Source: Octopus vulgaris (taxonomy: Eukaryota). Taken from it: a stretch of 64,000 bases of DNA. Under the pieces are notes generated by a model. It saw only the letters and a list, made by a program, of their open reading frames with translations, was not told where the DNA came from and did no database searches. Made by a program: the position numbers and the translations under genes. This document shows, in pieces, positions 13,659-27,514 of this stretch (within the stretch, counting starts at the first letter, position 1; every line of letters starts with the position of its first letter). The stretch spans positions 194,370,001 to 194,434,000 of the forward strand of contig OX597815.1 in assembly GCA_951406725.2 (NCBI GenBank), in the 5' to 3' direction.

Positions 13659-15010
13659 CGGAGGAAAATGCGCAGAGTTTACACAGTTTTAATATGCTTA
13701 GATGAAAAAGTATTGAGATTGTCGACCGGTTTCGATTTCACTAATCATAACATTGAAATTATTGTAATTTTATATTTCCTTAAGAAGATTTTAGTTTAAT
13801 CCATGTTCTTATGTTAAAGTTTGTGAATGAATCAATAATTTGAAAAATCTAAGGGAAGGTAATTGATGATAGTTAATACTCGGGACAGTATTGCTCATTT
13901 TGGGATGAGAAATCAACATACAAAAACTCATAAGCTAAAGTAGTAATATGAAATATGTACAGTGATGTATATGTGATCATGAATTAAAATATATACTGAG
14001 ACCAAAGTTGGTTATGCGTTCATATTTAGGCGTGTTCTATATTTTTCGATAAATAAATTTTCTTTATTTAAACGTTCTTGTACGGAAACCGTTTCTTTGC
14101 ATTGGAAAACAGAAATTTGATTGGAAATTCCCTGCATGTGTTCAATCAAAGGTATTTGTCTATACTTTGGGAAACAGATCTGTTCCTTAAGTAGTGTTCC
14201 TTAAGTCTAAGTGACATACTTGTCTGTCCTATATAGTTGTATGCACAACCTGAACAAGTTATAGCATAAATTAAATTCTCGGATGCACTAGTGAAGTTGG
14301 TCTTAATTGTGAACCTCTTTCTTTGTTTGAATTGGAATTCCAAGCCTTCCAGTAGGTTGGTTATATCGATAAATAAATTTTCTTTATTTAAACGTTCTTG
14401 TACGGAAACCGTTTCTTTGCATTGGTAAATTGGAAAACAGAAATTTGATTGGAAATTCCCTGCACATCTCTCTGTGTGTTCAATCAAAGGTATTTGTCTA
14501 TACTTTGGGAAACAGATCTGTTCCTTAAGTAGTGTTCCTTAAGTCTAAGTGACATACTTGTCTGTCCTATATAGTTGTATGCACAACCTGAACAAGTTCT
14601 AGCATAAATTAAATTCTCGGATGCACTAGTGAAGTTGGTCTTAATTGTGAACCTCTTTCTTTGTTTGAATTGGAATTCCAAGCCTTCCAGTAGGTTGGGG
14701 TATGTTCCACAGTTTGGACGTCCACATTTTCTAACCATTGGTTTCGTGGTTGTTATGTACAGCTTTGCATTTGTCAGAAGTCTTTTCAGTAATTTCTGTT
14801 GCTCTTTACATTTGATGAATTTAGTATTTTCAGAATGTTGTTCATTTTTGGATCCCTAGAGGGCATTGTTAGATTTTGTACAATAGTATTGTATGCCACA
14901 TTGTTTCTTTTGTTGTGAGTTGATATATACGGTAGTATTTTGAGATGAAGGGTAGTGTTTCGTTTTGTTTACCTTGGTGTTTTAATGTCTCTTTTCTTGG
15001 CACGTTTAAT
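13657..15010 (-). mobile_element. Penelope-like element 3' relic with tandemly duplicated GIY-YIG endonuclease segment
   Basis: ORFs 14484-14738 and 14146-14487 read KCGRPNCG..NLIYAxTCSGCAYNYIGQT..LRLKEH (zinc finger plus GIY-YIG); about 340-bp internal duplication; ends at (TA)n. Confidence 0.85.
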
Positions 15011-15014
15011 TCCA

Positions 15015-15653
15015 TCATCTACAAATGTGCAGGGAATCGCCAATCAAATTTCACAGTTCTCCCCATCTATCAGTGCAAAGAAACAATTTCTGTACAAGAA
15101 CGTTTAAATAAGAAAATTTATTTATCAAAAAATACAGAACACGCCTAAATATGAACGCATAGCTTTATCCCTATTCACCTATCGCTCTATCTCTCTCCAC
15201 TATTAGTTTTCTGCTAATTTATTTCTTGCTCCTCCTCTATCTATAAACTACCTTTGACATTATATCTACTAACGGTTAAAAAAAAACAAACTTGCTAGCG
15301 CTCCCTTCATCATATACGCAGCCATCACATTCTGTTAAAATGTCTTATTGATGTGTTTGGTTTCTTTTCTCCATGATGAGAAGATTGCATTGTTTTACAC
15401 CATTTTATTCCTTCTGGAATAATACCAATGTTTTCTTCGAAACATATGTCGGAAGTAAAAAAAAATTGAATAACATCTGCGTTTAACTCCATTTATTTAT
15501 TTATCTATATTACACAAAAAACATTTCACCTAAACCTGGAGTTTCTACCTTTATAAGTAGACTGTTACATCCTTGGTACTCGTGTGAACTTTTGCTACCC
15601 TGGTAACTATTTATCTTTTTTTCCGTGTTATTTGAAAAAAACACGCATACATT

Positions 15654-15656
<3 letters not shown>
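15015..15656 (+). mobile_element. Second Penelope-like 3' end in opposite orientation
   Basis: PIYQCKETISVQERLN C-terminus as in the minus-strand copy, then a UTR with a hammerhead, ending at (TA)n. Confidence 0.75.
15370..15453 (+). ncRNA. Hammerhead-like motif in Penelope 3' UTR/pLTR
   Basis: tcc-ATGATGA-gaaga..tcttc-GAAA-CATATG-TC-gga; GUC site; palindrome ACAUAUGU. Confidence 0.7.
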
Positions 15657-15701
<45 letters not shown>

Positions 15702-15704
15702 AAT

Positions 15705-15912
15705 GTATTTGCGCGTCTGTGTTTGTCCATCCCACCATCGCTTGACAACCGACGTTGGTGCGTTTAAGTCCCCGTAACTTAGCTGTTCGAAAAAAAAACG
15801 ACAGAAAAAGTACTAGGCTTACAAAGAATAAGTCCTGGGGGCGATTTGTTCGACTAAAGGCGGTGCTCCAGCATGGCCGCTGTCAAATGACTGAAACGAG
15901 TAAAAGAATAAA
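15705..15912 (+). mobile_element. SINE family B 3' half
   Basis: Same tail as 42960-43152. Confidence 0.85.
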
Positions 15913-16054
15913 AAAAAATGCACACACATATATACATCCATCTGTGTACAGTTCTGTCTTCTTCTGCATTTAGCTCTGTTTTCTTTCCATCTAAATGTCT
16001 TCTCGTCTGTATTCAGCTTTCAAAAGTCTTTCAAAGATCTAAAGAGAGAGAGAG

Positions 16055-16095
<41 letters not shown>

Positions 16096-16460
16096 GAACA
16101 GTGCTAGAGACAAGAAAGAGAGAGACAGTGCTAGAGACAGAAAGAGAGAGAGTCGAACTACCACTAATGAAATGCTCATTCTTACTCGAATACGTCTTTA
16201 ATGTGACGTCATTATATGGTTTGTCAATAAAGAGAAATGTACAGTAAAGAATATCTTAGATATTGAGAAACAAAATATTTCCCCACCCCGTCACCCGCTT
16301 ATCTTTCCATCTTGTAATATACGCATCAAATGAATCCACGACGGCTGTTTGTCTGCGGGTCTTAACATTTAGGAAGGAATATATAAATACATGATATGCA
16401 AGTGTTCTTGCATACAGATGTGCATATGAAAATATTTGTAGTTGCGTGCAAAACCCTTAC

Positions 16461-16461
<1 letters not shown>

Positions 16462-16505
<44 letters not shown>

Positions 16506-16574
16506 CACACACATATATATATGTACACACACATATATATACACATATACATACATATATACAAAAATACATAG

Positions 16575-16615
<41 letters not shown>

Positions 16616-16698
16616 AAAGTACATACATACATACATACATATGTATATATATATACATATATACAAAAATACATACATACATACATACGTATATATAT

Positions 16699-16729
<31 letters not shown>

Positions 16730-16787
16730 CATACATATATATACATGCATATATATACATACATATATATACATGCATATATATACA

Positions 16788-16846
<59 letters not shown>

Positions 16847-16927
16847 GTTTTATGCATAGTTCATGAGTGTCTAGTTACCACATACGTATGCTGAAAATAT
16901 GTATCTGAATATATATATACATGCGTA

Positions 16928-16985
<58 letters not shown>
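16462..16985. repeat. (TA)n/(TACA)n microsatellite cluster
   Basis: Direct reading. Confidence 0.95.
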
Positions 16986-17281
16986 TGTGTATGTATGTAC
17001 AGCTGGATATAACTCTTAATATGTGTGTACGTGTGTAGTGTGTGTTTGTGAGGGTGTGAATGAAAGTGTGTGTGTGTGTGTGTGTGTGAGTGGTGTGTAG
17101 TTTGATGTAGATATTTGTTTATCTTGTTCATAACTACGTACATAGTAAATATTTTATACAGAAATATTAATAAGCGCGTACATGCCATTTTTTGTTTTTC
17201 ACCGAAACATCAATATATACTGGTTATGACGCATGACGTGAATGCAAACAGGGAGAGAGAGAGAGAGTGGGAGGGAGAGAG

Positions 17282-17348
<67 letters not shown>

Positions 17349-17634
17349 AATGTTGCACATAATTAATAAAAAAAACAGTGAATTAGTTGATATAATAATC
17401 ACAGAAATATTATTAAAATCAATAAAATGAAAAATAAAAACTAACAGAAATATAATCTAAATTGAAATAATTTTCTCTCTAACAGACTAATATTGAATTA
17501 CAGAAGACAGGGTCGTTTTGTTAATCGCTTCCATCAATAATTTCTATTATCGAACGTGTACAGAAAACGCTTCTTTGTTTCATTTAACAAATTTGATATT
17601 TCTTGTTAGATTTTAACGGTCCCCTACATTATAT

Positions 17635-18133
17635 AAGTTGTGTGACCATGGAATTGCACCTAGAAAGTTACCCTCCGAGGTACAAGTCTGGGCAAGGTTG
17701 TTTATGGAAGACCAGCAGTCGCCCACGCATAACACACTCCCTTCTCCACGCCACCGATGTTATCCGAGGGTAAGGCAAAGGGGCCGATACAGCTTGGCAC
17801 CATTGACGTCGCAGCTCATTTATTAACGTGCAAGAGACTGAGCACTCCACAGACATGTAAACCCTTAACGTAGTTCTCGAGGAGATTCAGCGTGACACAG
17901 AGTGTGACAAGACTGGCCCTTTGATATACAAGTACAACAGAAACAGGAAGAAAGAGTGAGAGAAAGTTGTGGTGAAAGAGTACAGCAGGGTTCACCACCA
18001 CCCCCTGCCGGAGCCTCGTGGAGCTTTAGGTGTTTTCGCTCAATAAACAGTCACAATGCCCGGTCTAGAAATCGAAACCGCGATCCTACGACCGCGAGTC
18101 CGCTGCCCTAACCACTGGGCCATTGCGCCTCCA
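17635..18133 (-). mobile_element. SINE family C (tRNA-Arg-like head), long variant
   Basis: Head as at 57143; flanked by acattatataagtt duplication. Confidence 0.85.
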
Positions 18134-18628
18134 CATTATATAAGTTAACGCTAAGTTAACTAGATATTTTCTGTATCGAACACCAAGTTCTCGCCTGCCA
18201 ATATCATTTATCACGTCGGAAATGATTCTTGTTTTGTCTGCGCAACCACTAAGATTATTTATAGTAAGCACTTAAGTTCTCAAAACTCTAATGTAACATT
18301 TTATTTCTCCACAAAATAATCTGCTGGACTGCAGCTCTCATGTTTACACTATTCTGCTATAAAACGCCAAGAATCAAGAATTATTAATTCTTTTCCTCCC
18401 AGTGGATATGAAAGAAAAATTGTTTTACACCTCCCATGTTATTCTTTACGCCCTCCTTATTCTCTTGGGTCGAAGTAATGTCCGCATTCAAATTGAAGAA
18501 ATATTACTACGTGATTTTCATGTGAATTATACATTTGGACTGGGGATAGACAACTAGTTAGTATTCAAGTCGAAAGAGTTCAATTCTTCTAGATGTAAGA
18601 AGAGTCGGGGGTGATGGACGTCTGTGTA

Positions 18629-18642
18629 TGACGTCACGTGAC
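18629..18642. promoter_or_regulatory. Overlapping CRE and E-box (TGACGTCACGTGAC)
   Basis: Exact TGACGTCA overlapping GTCACGTGAC in non-repetitive DNA; function unproven. Confidence 0.3.
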
Positions 18643-18838
18643 TGACTTTTGGGCAGCTGCTGTCGTTACAGCACGTTGTCAAAAATGGGTGCAGATTTGG
18701 TAGTAAAACTAAGACTATTAAAGACACTCCCTGCCCTATTTCGTTATAAGCATACCGTGTATATAGACTAATGACTAACTGAAAGTTACTATTTTTAGTG
18801 AAGAAATAAGTGATTCATTTTTCGAATAAGTTTGATAC

Positions 18839-18839
<1 letters not shown>

Positions 18840-18879
<40 letters not shown>

Positions 18880-18976
18880 ATATATATGTGTGTATGCATG
18901 TCTGTGTATATATATATGCATATATGTATATATATATATGTATATATGTATTTATATATGTATATGTATATATATG

Positions 18977-19007
<31 letters not shown>

Positions 19008-19126
19008 GTATGCATGTATATATATACATATATATATGCATATATATATGTATATATATGTATGCATGTATATATATATATATGTATATATATGTATATA
19101 TATGTATGTATGTATATATATGTATG

Positions 19127-19164
<38 letters not shown>

Positions 19165-19220
19165 TACATATATATATATATATGCATATATATATCATAT
19201 ATATATATATGCATATATAT
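18840..19220. repeat. (TG)n/(TA)n compound microsatellite
   Basis: Direct reading. Confidence 0.95.
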
Positions 19221-20339
19221 AAAATATAAATTTGAGATAAAACCGCTATTATGCAACTCAAACAGTGATAGACATAAACCAAAACATAAATAACAAATAA
19301 TATATATTTTTATAAAACATATAACTAGATCTCAAAAAGTATAAAAATGAATGATCAATATATAATATGTAAAAAAAACTACGTACGTTTCATAGCCACA
19401 ATTAAATTCGAATTACAATTAAGTATAAATTCAATTGAAATAATTTCTATTAAATGGGGGTTCGTTTTTAGATTTTAAATTTAGAATTAAAATCATTTGT
19501 ATTCATAATATCGTTAAAATTAGATATATTACAGTTATAATAGTAGGCTTTCTGTTTAACCCTAGAAATAATCCGTGTTAGGTATAAAAACAACATTGAA
19601 GGGCAATAATTTATTGGCGATAAATGTTGTAGGCTTTACCCATATAGAAGCTTCGATAAGCTGAAAGCATTTTTTATAGCTCACGGTTTGCAACGTGCGT
19701 TGCTCTGAATACGAATAAAAATCCAAATTAAGGGAGTGGAGCAAGTAAAAACTAGTCTAAATACGTTTCCTAGCTCGCTCTGATGTAATAGTTACTCAAT
19801 GACGGGTTCTCAGCTAAGTACTCTCTCCATTCCTCCCCCTCTCTCTTTCTCTTTCTCTCTCTCTCTCTCTCTCTCACTCTCTCTCACACACGACGGGCTT
19901 ATTTCAGTTTCCGTCCTTCCGTCTACCGAATTCATTCACAAGACTTTGGTTGACTCGAGGCTGTAGTAGAAAACACTTGCCCAAGGTGCCACGCAGTGGG
20001 ACTGAACCCGGAACCATGTGTTTTAGAAGCAATCTTCTTATCACACAGCCACTTGAAGAGTGTGCAAACGTACATAATAAAGCATTAGCATTATTAAAGT
20101 TGAAGTTAATAATCCAAAATTATTAAATCGCATTAATAGATTGTTTTCATACCCTTAAGGCAGCGAATTGACAGTGCTATAAAACCATCGGATAAAATGC
20201 CTTGAGGTGCTTGCATCGCCGCTCTGACTTCAAATCCCTTTACTTATCTATCGTCCTTTGAGGATAAAATAAAATGTCAGGATTAGTAGAATTGTGACAG
20301 TGCTGCGCGAGATACTTGTGATATAGGTTCCGGTTCTTG

Positions 20340-21665
20340 AAGATCTGGTTGCTTCAGAAGTCGATCAAAAGCCCCGGATGATGGACACTATCATTTATAT
20401 CATGGCCCTTTCTTGAAGGTCACAGCGGATACCATTTGCAGGTGCCTCTGCTCAACGACGAAAGCTATCGCTTTAGTCAAGGCTAGTGTGAAGATGATGC
20501 TCGCTGCTAGATCCACCTTCCATGTCTACTAGCAACAACAACAAAACTGGAGCTAAAAGTTGCCTGCAAAATAGTTGAAATTCCCAGAAACTGTTGTTTC
20601 AACATCACTAAAGCCAATTATAGTACAGAAACACCCAAGAGGGTGATTCTTTTAGAACTCATCATACGCTGGGAGGACTGTAATAAAGAAGCAATCGAGA
20701 GGAGAAGAATGAAATATATTGTTTTCTACTCTAGGCAAAAGGCCCGAAATTTTGGGGGCGGTGGGCCAATCGATTAGATCGACCCCAGTACACAACTGGT
20801 ACTTAATGTATCGACCTCGAAAGGATGAAAGGCAAAGTCGACCTCGGCGGAATTCGAACTCAGAACGTAGCGACAGACGAAATACCTATTTCTTTATTAT
20901 CCACAAGGGGCTAAACACAGAGAGGACAAACAAGGACAGACAAACGGATTAAGTCGATTATATCGACGCCAGTGCGTAACTGGTACTTATTTAATTGACC
21001 CCGAAAAGATGAAAGGCAAAGTCGGCCTCGGCGGAATTTGAACTCAGAACGTAGCGGCAGAGAGAAATACCTATTTCTTTATTACCCACAAGGGGCTAAA
21101 CACAGAGAGGACAAACAAGGACAGACAAACGGATTAAGTCGATTATATCGACCCCAGTGCGTAACTGGTACTTATTTCATCGACCCCGAAAGGATGAAAG
21201 GCAAAGTCGACCTCGGCGGAATTTGAAATCAGAATGTAGCGGCAGACGAAATACCGCTAAGCATTTCGCCCGGCGTGCTAACGTTTTTGCCAGCTCGCCA
21301 TGTTAGGAGAACGAAATTGAGCTCGCAGAGTTATGTCAAAACAACTTGTAGCAAGCTAGCAACTGTGATTCTATTAAGGTACGGTACAGAGGATTTACTA
21401 TGCTAGTCCCCCTACAGAGCCTACAACATGTTAGGCATCACAGGAGCAAGTTGGCGGAAAGTAATCTAACTGGCTGCAAAATCGTAGAAGTTATTTTTTA
21501 TGAGTTATGAGACCGAGAGGCGATAGGAGTTATGCTCCCTGCAGTACTATTAACCGGACACAGCTTTGGGCCTGACCAACACTGGTTAGTTGCCTGGATG
21601 AGATTCTGTGATTGTTGAAAGACTCGAAACACCAAAATGATTCCAGATAACATCACTGTCGATGG
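20340..21665 (+). pseudogene. HERO/NeSL-type LINE 3' relic (restriction-like endonuclease), split by a SINE trimer
   Basis: VILLELIIRWEDCNKEAIERRRMKY resembles ELTVPWE..ERK..KY; after the SINE, ..IKVRYRGF..AYNMLGITG; HERO-like 3' UTR to about 21665. Confidence 0.6.
20717..21299 (-). mobile_element. SINE family A trimer
   Basis: One head GGCGAGCTGGC..GTTAGCACGCCGGGCG plus three B-box/core units (GTCGACTTTGCCTTTCATCCTTTCGGGGTCGAT). Confidence 0.9.
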
Positions 21666-22250
21666 TTTACAATCACAAAATAAAGTATCAGTTTTTGTGT
21701 TGTGAACTTGGCTGAATCGTTAAAATATTGGACGGGTGCCTTGTGGTATTTGTTACGGCTGTTCGGGCTGTGAGTTCAGATTTTTCTTAGTAGATAGGCT
21801 TATGCTTAATCTGTCGTCAGTTTTACAACATTTCCCCTCCTAGATCACCTTTAGAGAAGAACTTCATTCTCCTGTAGGGATTCGCGACCACGTCACCGAT
21901 ATGGGGCTAGCTCTCCCCTTCCCTCCCCCATTTCTGTTTCGAAGTGGCACTGGAGATGTCATGGGTACTAATCATCCTTTTGACTAAGCAAAAAATAAAA
22001 AAAATAAATGTGAGGCTGTGTGGTAAGATGTTTGCTTCCCAACCATATGGTTCCAGGTTCAGTCCCATTGTGTAGCACCTTGGGCAAATGTTTTCTGCTA
22101 TAGCCTTGGGCTAGCCAAAGCCTTGTGAGCGGATTTGGTAGACGGAAAATGAAGGAAGCCAGACGTGTATATACATATATAAGAATTTTTTTGCGTAATG
22201 TGATAAAAAATCCAAAGTTGTGTAGATATTAGAACATTTATAGATAGAAG

Positions 22251-22302
22251 GTCTTACAGCTGTTTCGAGGATATTTATCAATTATATCCCTTCATCGGAG
22301 AC
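22251..22302 (-). ncRNA. Minimal hammerhead-like motif (CCGAUGA family)
   Basis: Minus: gtct-CCGATGA-agggatat..atatcctc-GAAA-CAGCTG-TA-agac; full helix I. Confidence 0.7.
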
Positions 22303-23704
22303 GGTGTGAGGGGATGGTTAAATCATAGTTAGTTTAGATGTTATACAAAATAGAGAGTGGGGTGGAGGAAAGAAAATAGATGCAAGATATGTATGGGTAT
22401 TTTATAGGCATAATGGTATATATGCAATATTCCAATATCCTTTGGGTAATATCCAAAAGTCCAACAGAGTTTAAAATGGGTCCTTCCAAATATAGAGTTT
22501 ATACAGAATAAGAGCAGGCCTAAAAAATAAGGACTGAGGTCAATTCGTTCAACTGAAATATCTTCGAGACACTGCCCCAGTATAGCCGCAGCCTGACGAT
22601 TGAAGCAAGTTACAAGACAGACGATAACCAACTAGCCAGCCAACCAACCAACCAACCAGCCGTGCTTTAAAGGAAGCCATTTGTTTTTGTTTCATCCTAT
22701 ACAAGAAGCGAAACTCTTAAGAACACCGAATCACATGGAAACAAGAGGTGATCGTGTTAAGTTACATCTTCATGACAGGCGTGAGTCACTTTGACGTTTA
22801 ACGTTGGGTGTTTATCAGCTTCTAACTGTTTTCACAACGAGGAACGTGGGGTGGGATTTGGATTTTTTCAGACTTCTCTTAGAATTTTAGAGCCATTTTT
22901 TTCTTTCCTCTTCTTTCTTTTCTCTCCTTTCTTTCTTCTTTTTATCTTGTTTCTTTCTTCTTTTTATCTTCTCTTCTTTTTTTCATTCTTTTCTTCTGTC
23001 TTTCTTCGTTCGTTTCTTTCCTCTTCAGCCTCTCCTCCCCTCCCTTATATTTCTCTGTCAGGTGTCTCATAAGCAAGGCAATATAATGCTGTTAAATGCT
23101 GCTCTGTCGTAAGTACTCCCGTTGAAATATTTGCCGTTGGCATGTTTTGTTGTAAAGTTTATAAGCTTGTTAAAAAAAAAAAATTTCTTTTCGGCGCTGC
23201 GAAAAACAGATGTTCAAAATAAAGTAAAAGTAAAAATATAAATGAAAGAAAATTATAGAACATAAAAGGATACTAACATAAACTACACCAGTTTTTAAAC
23301 ATTAAACATAAAACCTCATACACATACTTATATATAAGCAACAGACACTTTCTAAACAGTTTCCGATTACTGTATTCCACTCACAATGTATTGATTAACC
23401 TGAAGCTAGAGAGGAAGTGAAGGCGTCGATTTAGCTGAGTCGTGAGAAAGTCATATAAAATGCTTGGTGGGATATTTCTTCCGATTCTCTACTCTCTCTG
23501 AGTTCAAATACGGTCGAACTCAGCTTTACGTTTTATCCCTTCAAGGCCTGAACTATGATACAAGACTTGAACTATGATCAGTTATTCCCTTTCTCTTCAT
23601 TTCCTATTCCCCCCGCTCGCTCTCTAGAAACCAAAAATCGACTGTGGTCAGAACAAGGCAAAAATGGACTCTACCAGGTCTTAAGTGCCGAACGCACACC
23701 GTAT

Positions 23705-23940
23705 ATTTCTTTTACTACCCACAAGGGGCTAAACACAGAGGGGACAAACAAACGGACAGACAAACGGATTAAGTCGAGTATATCGACCCCAGTGCGTAAC
23801 TGGTACTTAATTTATCGACCCTGAAAGGATGAAAGGCAAAGTCGACTTCTGCGGAATTTGAACTCACAACGTAACGGCAGACGAAATACGGCTACGCATT
23901 ACGCCCGGCGTGCTAACGATTCTGCCAGCTCGCTGCCTTA
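23705..23940 (-). mobile_element. SINE family A monomer
   Basis: 17-bp TSD ccgaacgcacaccgtat at 23688-23704 and 23941-23957. Confidence 0.9.
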
Positions 23941-24526
23941 CCGAACGCACACCGTATGTCATGCAAGAGCCCTTACGAATCCACAAGGAGTCAAAAGTCC
24001 AAGGCAACTTTTGGCGAAAGACAAGTACATGCCCGTGGAACTCTACAGTAAGATCGAAGTGGGAGTCATACAGTTGCGATGAAAATTTTTTAAATATGTA
24101 ATCTACGTATCCAATATAGTGAATTCTGTCAATATCTTTTCAATTCAATAATGTTAAAGTTACATCTCTGAAAATTTGACAATATCATACTTAATTTTAC
24201 ATTATGTATCTAGTAATGTAGTTCTGGACATAACGTAAAATAAGAACAGTAATAAACGAGTGAAGAACGAATATATAGTGCGTGTGTTTATTTGGTAAAA
24301 AAAATTCTAAAAATGACCCACCCGAAATAAAACAATATCTACTAATCATCTGATGTTAATAAAACGCACATAAGATGAAGTAACTAAATATCTTATAAAC
24401 AAGCTCCCATAGTTTGTTTGCTTCTCCGTAACTTAGCGGTTCGGCAAAAGTCACGGAGAGAATAGTTATTTGGCTTGGAAAATAATTACCGAGGTCGCCT
24501 GCCTGCCTGCCTGCCTGCCCGCCTGC

Positions 24527-24596
<70 letters not shown>

Positions 24597-24597
<1 letters not shown>

Positions 24598-25110
24598 CGC
24601 GAGTGTCGCGTTGCTCTCATGCAACTATGCCGTCCCGGGTCGACCTTGAGTGACTTCAACACAACCAAAGCATTCTATTGGGGATCAATGGAGGGGAGGT
24701 AAGACTACGATCTCGGGGCGAACCTGGGCGTCGACGAGGAATACCTGACCCGCCTGTTCAAGACAGTTTCGGGCCGGGACCTATGGGCAACTTCCAGAGA
24801 TCCCTGACCTGGCAGTACTATCGAGAAGCGCTACCCGTTCGGGATAAGCTCTACAGGCATGGCTCGAGAAACACGGGGCCGACCTCTCCGAGATGCGGTC
24901 AGAGCGACGAAACCGTTCTGCACGCACTCGTACAGTGTTCAACCATTTCCAACCTGTGCGCCTATGTCGAACGACAGCTATCGCGTGTGGCTATGGCGAA
25001 AGAGTGTGTATAGTGGACGCGTCTGAAAGGTCTAGAGACAAACACTTTCCTCTCTGGTCAATTTCTCATCAACGTGTGAACGACGGAGCCATCTTGAGCA
25101 CAATCCTATG
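24597..25110 (+). pseudogene. Tx1/L1-type LINE ORF2 3' relic (zf-RVT)
   Basis: LTWQYYREALPVRDKLYRHG..PRCGQSDETVLHALVQC; starts right after (CTAT)n. Confidence 0.75.
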
Positions 25111-25596
25111 AACCAAAAACAAACAAAAAAAAAGCGAAAGGAAAAAAGAGAGCCACTTACTGTAATTTCTTTTCTTTTTGCATTACACTATTACCCAAAA
25201 TTCCCGTGGTCTTTTCCGTAGAATTGCTATAGCACCGGACTATATGCTTTGCGGCGTTTTGTTACGTTCCTTGATGTTATAAGATCAAATCCTGCTAAGG
25301 CGGTCTTGGCTGTCAGTCAAATATATTTGGCTTTGTGTTGATTATAAGAAATCAATATATCTTTTTTACTTGGCGAAATTGAAAACATTCAAAGGGTCAA
25401 AACAAACGATGAAATAAAAACCAGAATAGCGCAGTTATTTATTTTGTCGGACCCTGAAGGGATGTAATGTTTTTAGAGAAACGGAACTATTTACAATATA
25501 TTTTTTCAAGCACAATTCTTTTTTTTTCCCCCGACTTAAAACTCATCTGAATTAATCTGATGTATTATGCATGGTGTTGTTAGAAACACACACATT

Positions 25597-25959
<363 letters not shown>

Positions 25960-26402
25960 CAAGTATTAGAATTTTCTCTAATTTTTCAGATTTTTGTATG
26001 CTAGGCTACTGGTTTTAAATTGATATTAATTAAATTAATATTAAAATTATCTCCCTCATTATTTAAATGTTTATATATATATATATATATATACACACAA
26101 CACATATACAGACACGCATAAATACATACATACGTACATACGTATAAACATAAACATACACCGTACGTATAAACATATATTCACATATACGTTCATACAT
26201 ATACACACGAATATAAATGTTGTTATGAATCCTTCAGTGTCTAACACCTATTAAAAGAAATTATTGTTTTCTTGATTCTTTATCAACCATATCAGACAAT
26301 CGTATAAAGTTGTATATTATAAGCCTCTCTTCAAAATATTATTAAAAATCACATTAACAACCATTGTGTAAAATTGATTATATATAAATGTGAAAATATA
26401 TA

Positions 26403-27510
26403 CAGGGTGTCCCAAAAGTCACTGACGGGTTTCAATTTTTAATAACTTTCTTAATTTTACAAATAAATGTATGAAATGTTGATACAATATAAAGGACATA
26501 ATAGAAATTAATAAGCATTAGTCAAATTTTGCAACACCACTACATCACATATGAAAAATGACATCGCTTAAATGACAGCCATTTTCGGCTTCGCACGCCC
26601 GTATTCTTTCCAAAACTTGCACCATAACACCCCCAACAGTCTCAAACTCTCTGATTTCTCTACTGATGTTCTCCTTCAGTTGCACCAGGGTTTTTGGTTT
26701 GTTGAAGTAAACCCTATCTTTCAGGTATCTCCACAAGAAAAAATCCAGGCTACTCAAGTCTGGGGAACGTAAAGGCCATTCAGAGTAGACTTCACACATG
26801 GTGCTAGCAAGATGGGGCAACTGCTCATACCGCAAGAGAAACTATGCAGTTGCTACGGCACTGCTTTGGCGAGAGAATAATCTCCGGAATTTTTCGGTTT
26901 GAACGGTAGTTTTTTCTAGTGGTGTCATATGAAATTGTCACCCATAATTATGACCCTAGTATCGATCTATTGCATTTCAATCTGTTTTAGGGATAGGGTA
27001 TCTTTTTTTCTTCACAAATGTAAATAAACCCAATCTGTTTCTTAAACGAGGGACGTATTCATACGGCACGGAATGTTTTCACCTCAATAGACTGTCATTG
27101 ATTGGTTGAAATTGCTGAAATGCAAGAAATTAAAGACCAAATATCTTACAAACTATAGAATTTTCTCAATAAAGCCAAGAGAAAAAGATGTTTTATAAAC
27201 ACATTCTACCAGTATTAGTTTAAAAGTGTTTAGTTAGGTGGAAATTATTTTTAAAACTGCCGTTCAAACCGAAAAGATCCTACTCTCCCGCTACGGCAAT
27301 GCCAACTGGCCTTTACGTTCCCCAGACTTGACTAGCCCTGAATTTTCTTGTGGAGATACCCGAAAGAGATGGTTTACGTCAACAAACCGAAGACCCTGGT
27401 GCAACTGAAGGAGAACATCAATAGAGAAATCGAAGAAGTGGGGTTTGAAACTCCTGAGGGTGTTATGGTGCAAGATTTAGAAAGAGCACGGGCATGCGAA
27501 GCCGAAAATG
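26403..27510. mobile_element. Rearranged Tc1/mariner DD41D (rosa-like) transposon relic
   Basis: TA|CAGGGTGTCCCAAAA terminus; minus-strand WPLRSPDLSSLDFFLWRYLKDRVY; plus-strand QDGATAH..GERIISRYGNANWPLRSPDL with 41 residues between the acidic positions after removing the MITE. Confidence 0.8.
26886..27280. mobile_element. Merlin-like MITE
   Basis: TIR GGA(A/T)(T/C)TTTTCGGTTTGAACGG; 8-bp TSD taatctcc/tactctcc; interrupts the transposase frame. Confidence 0.8.
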
Positions 27511-27514
27511 TGGC

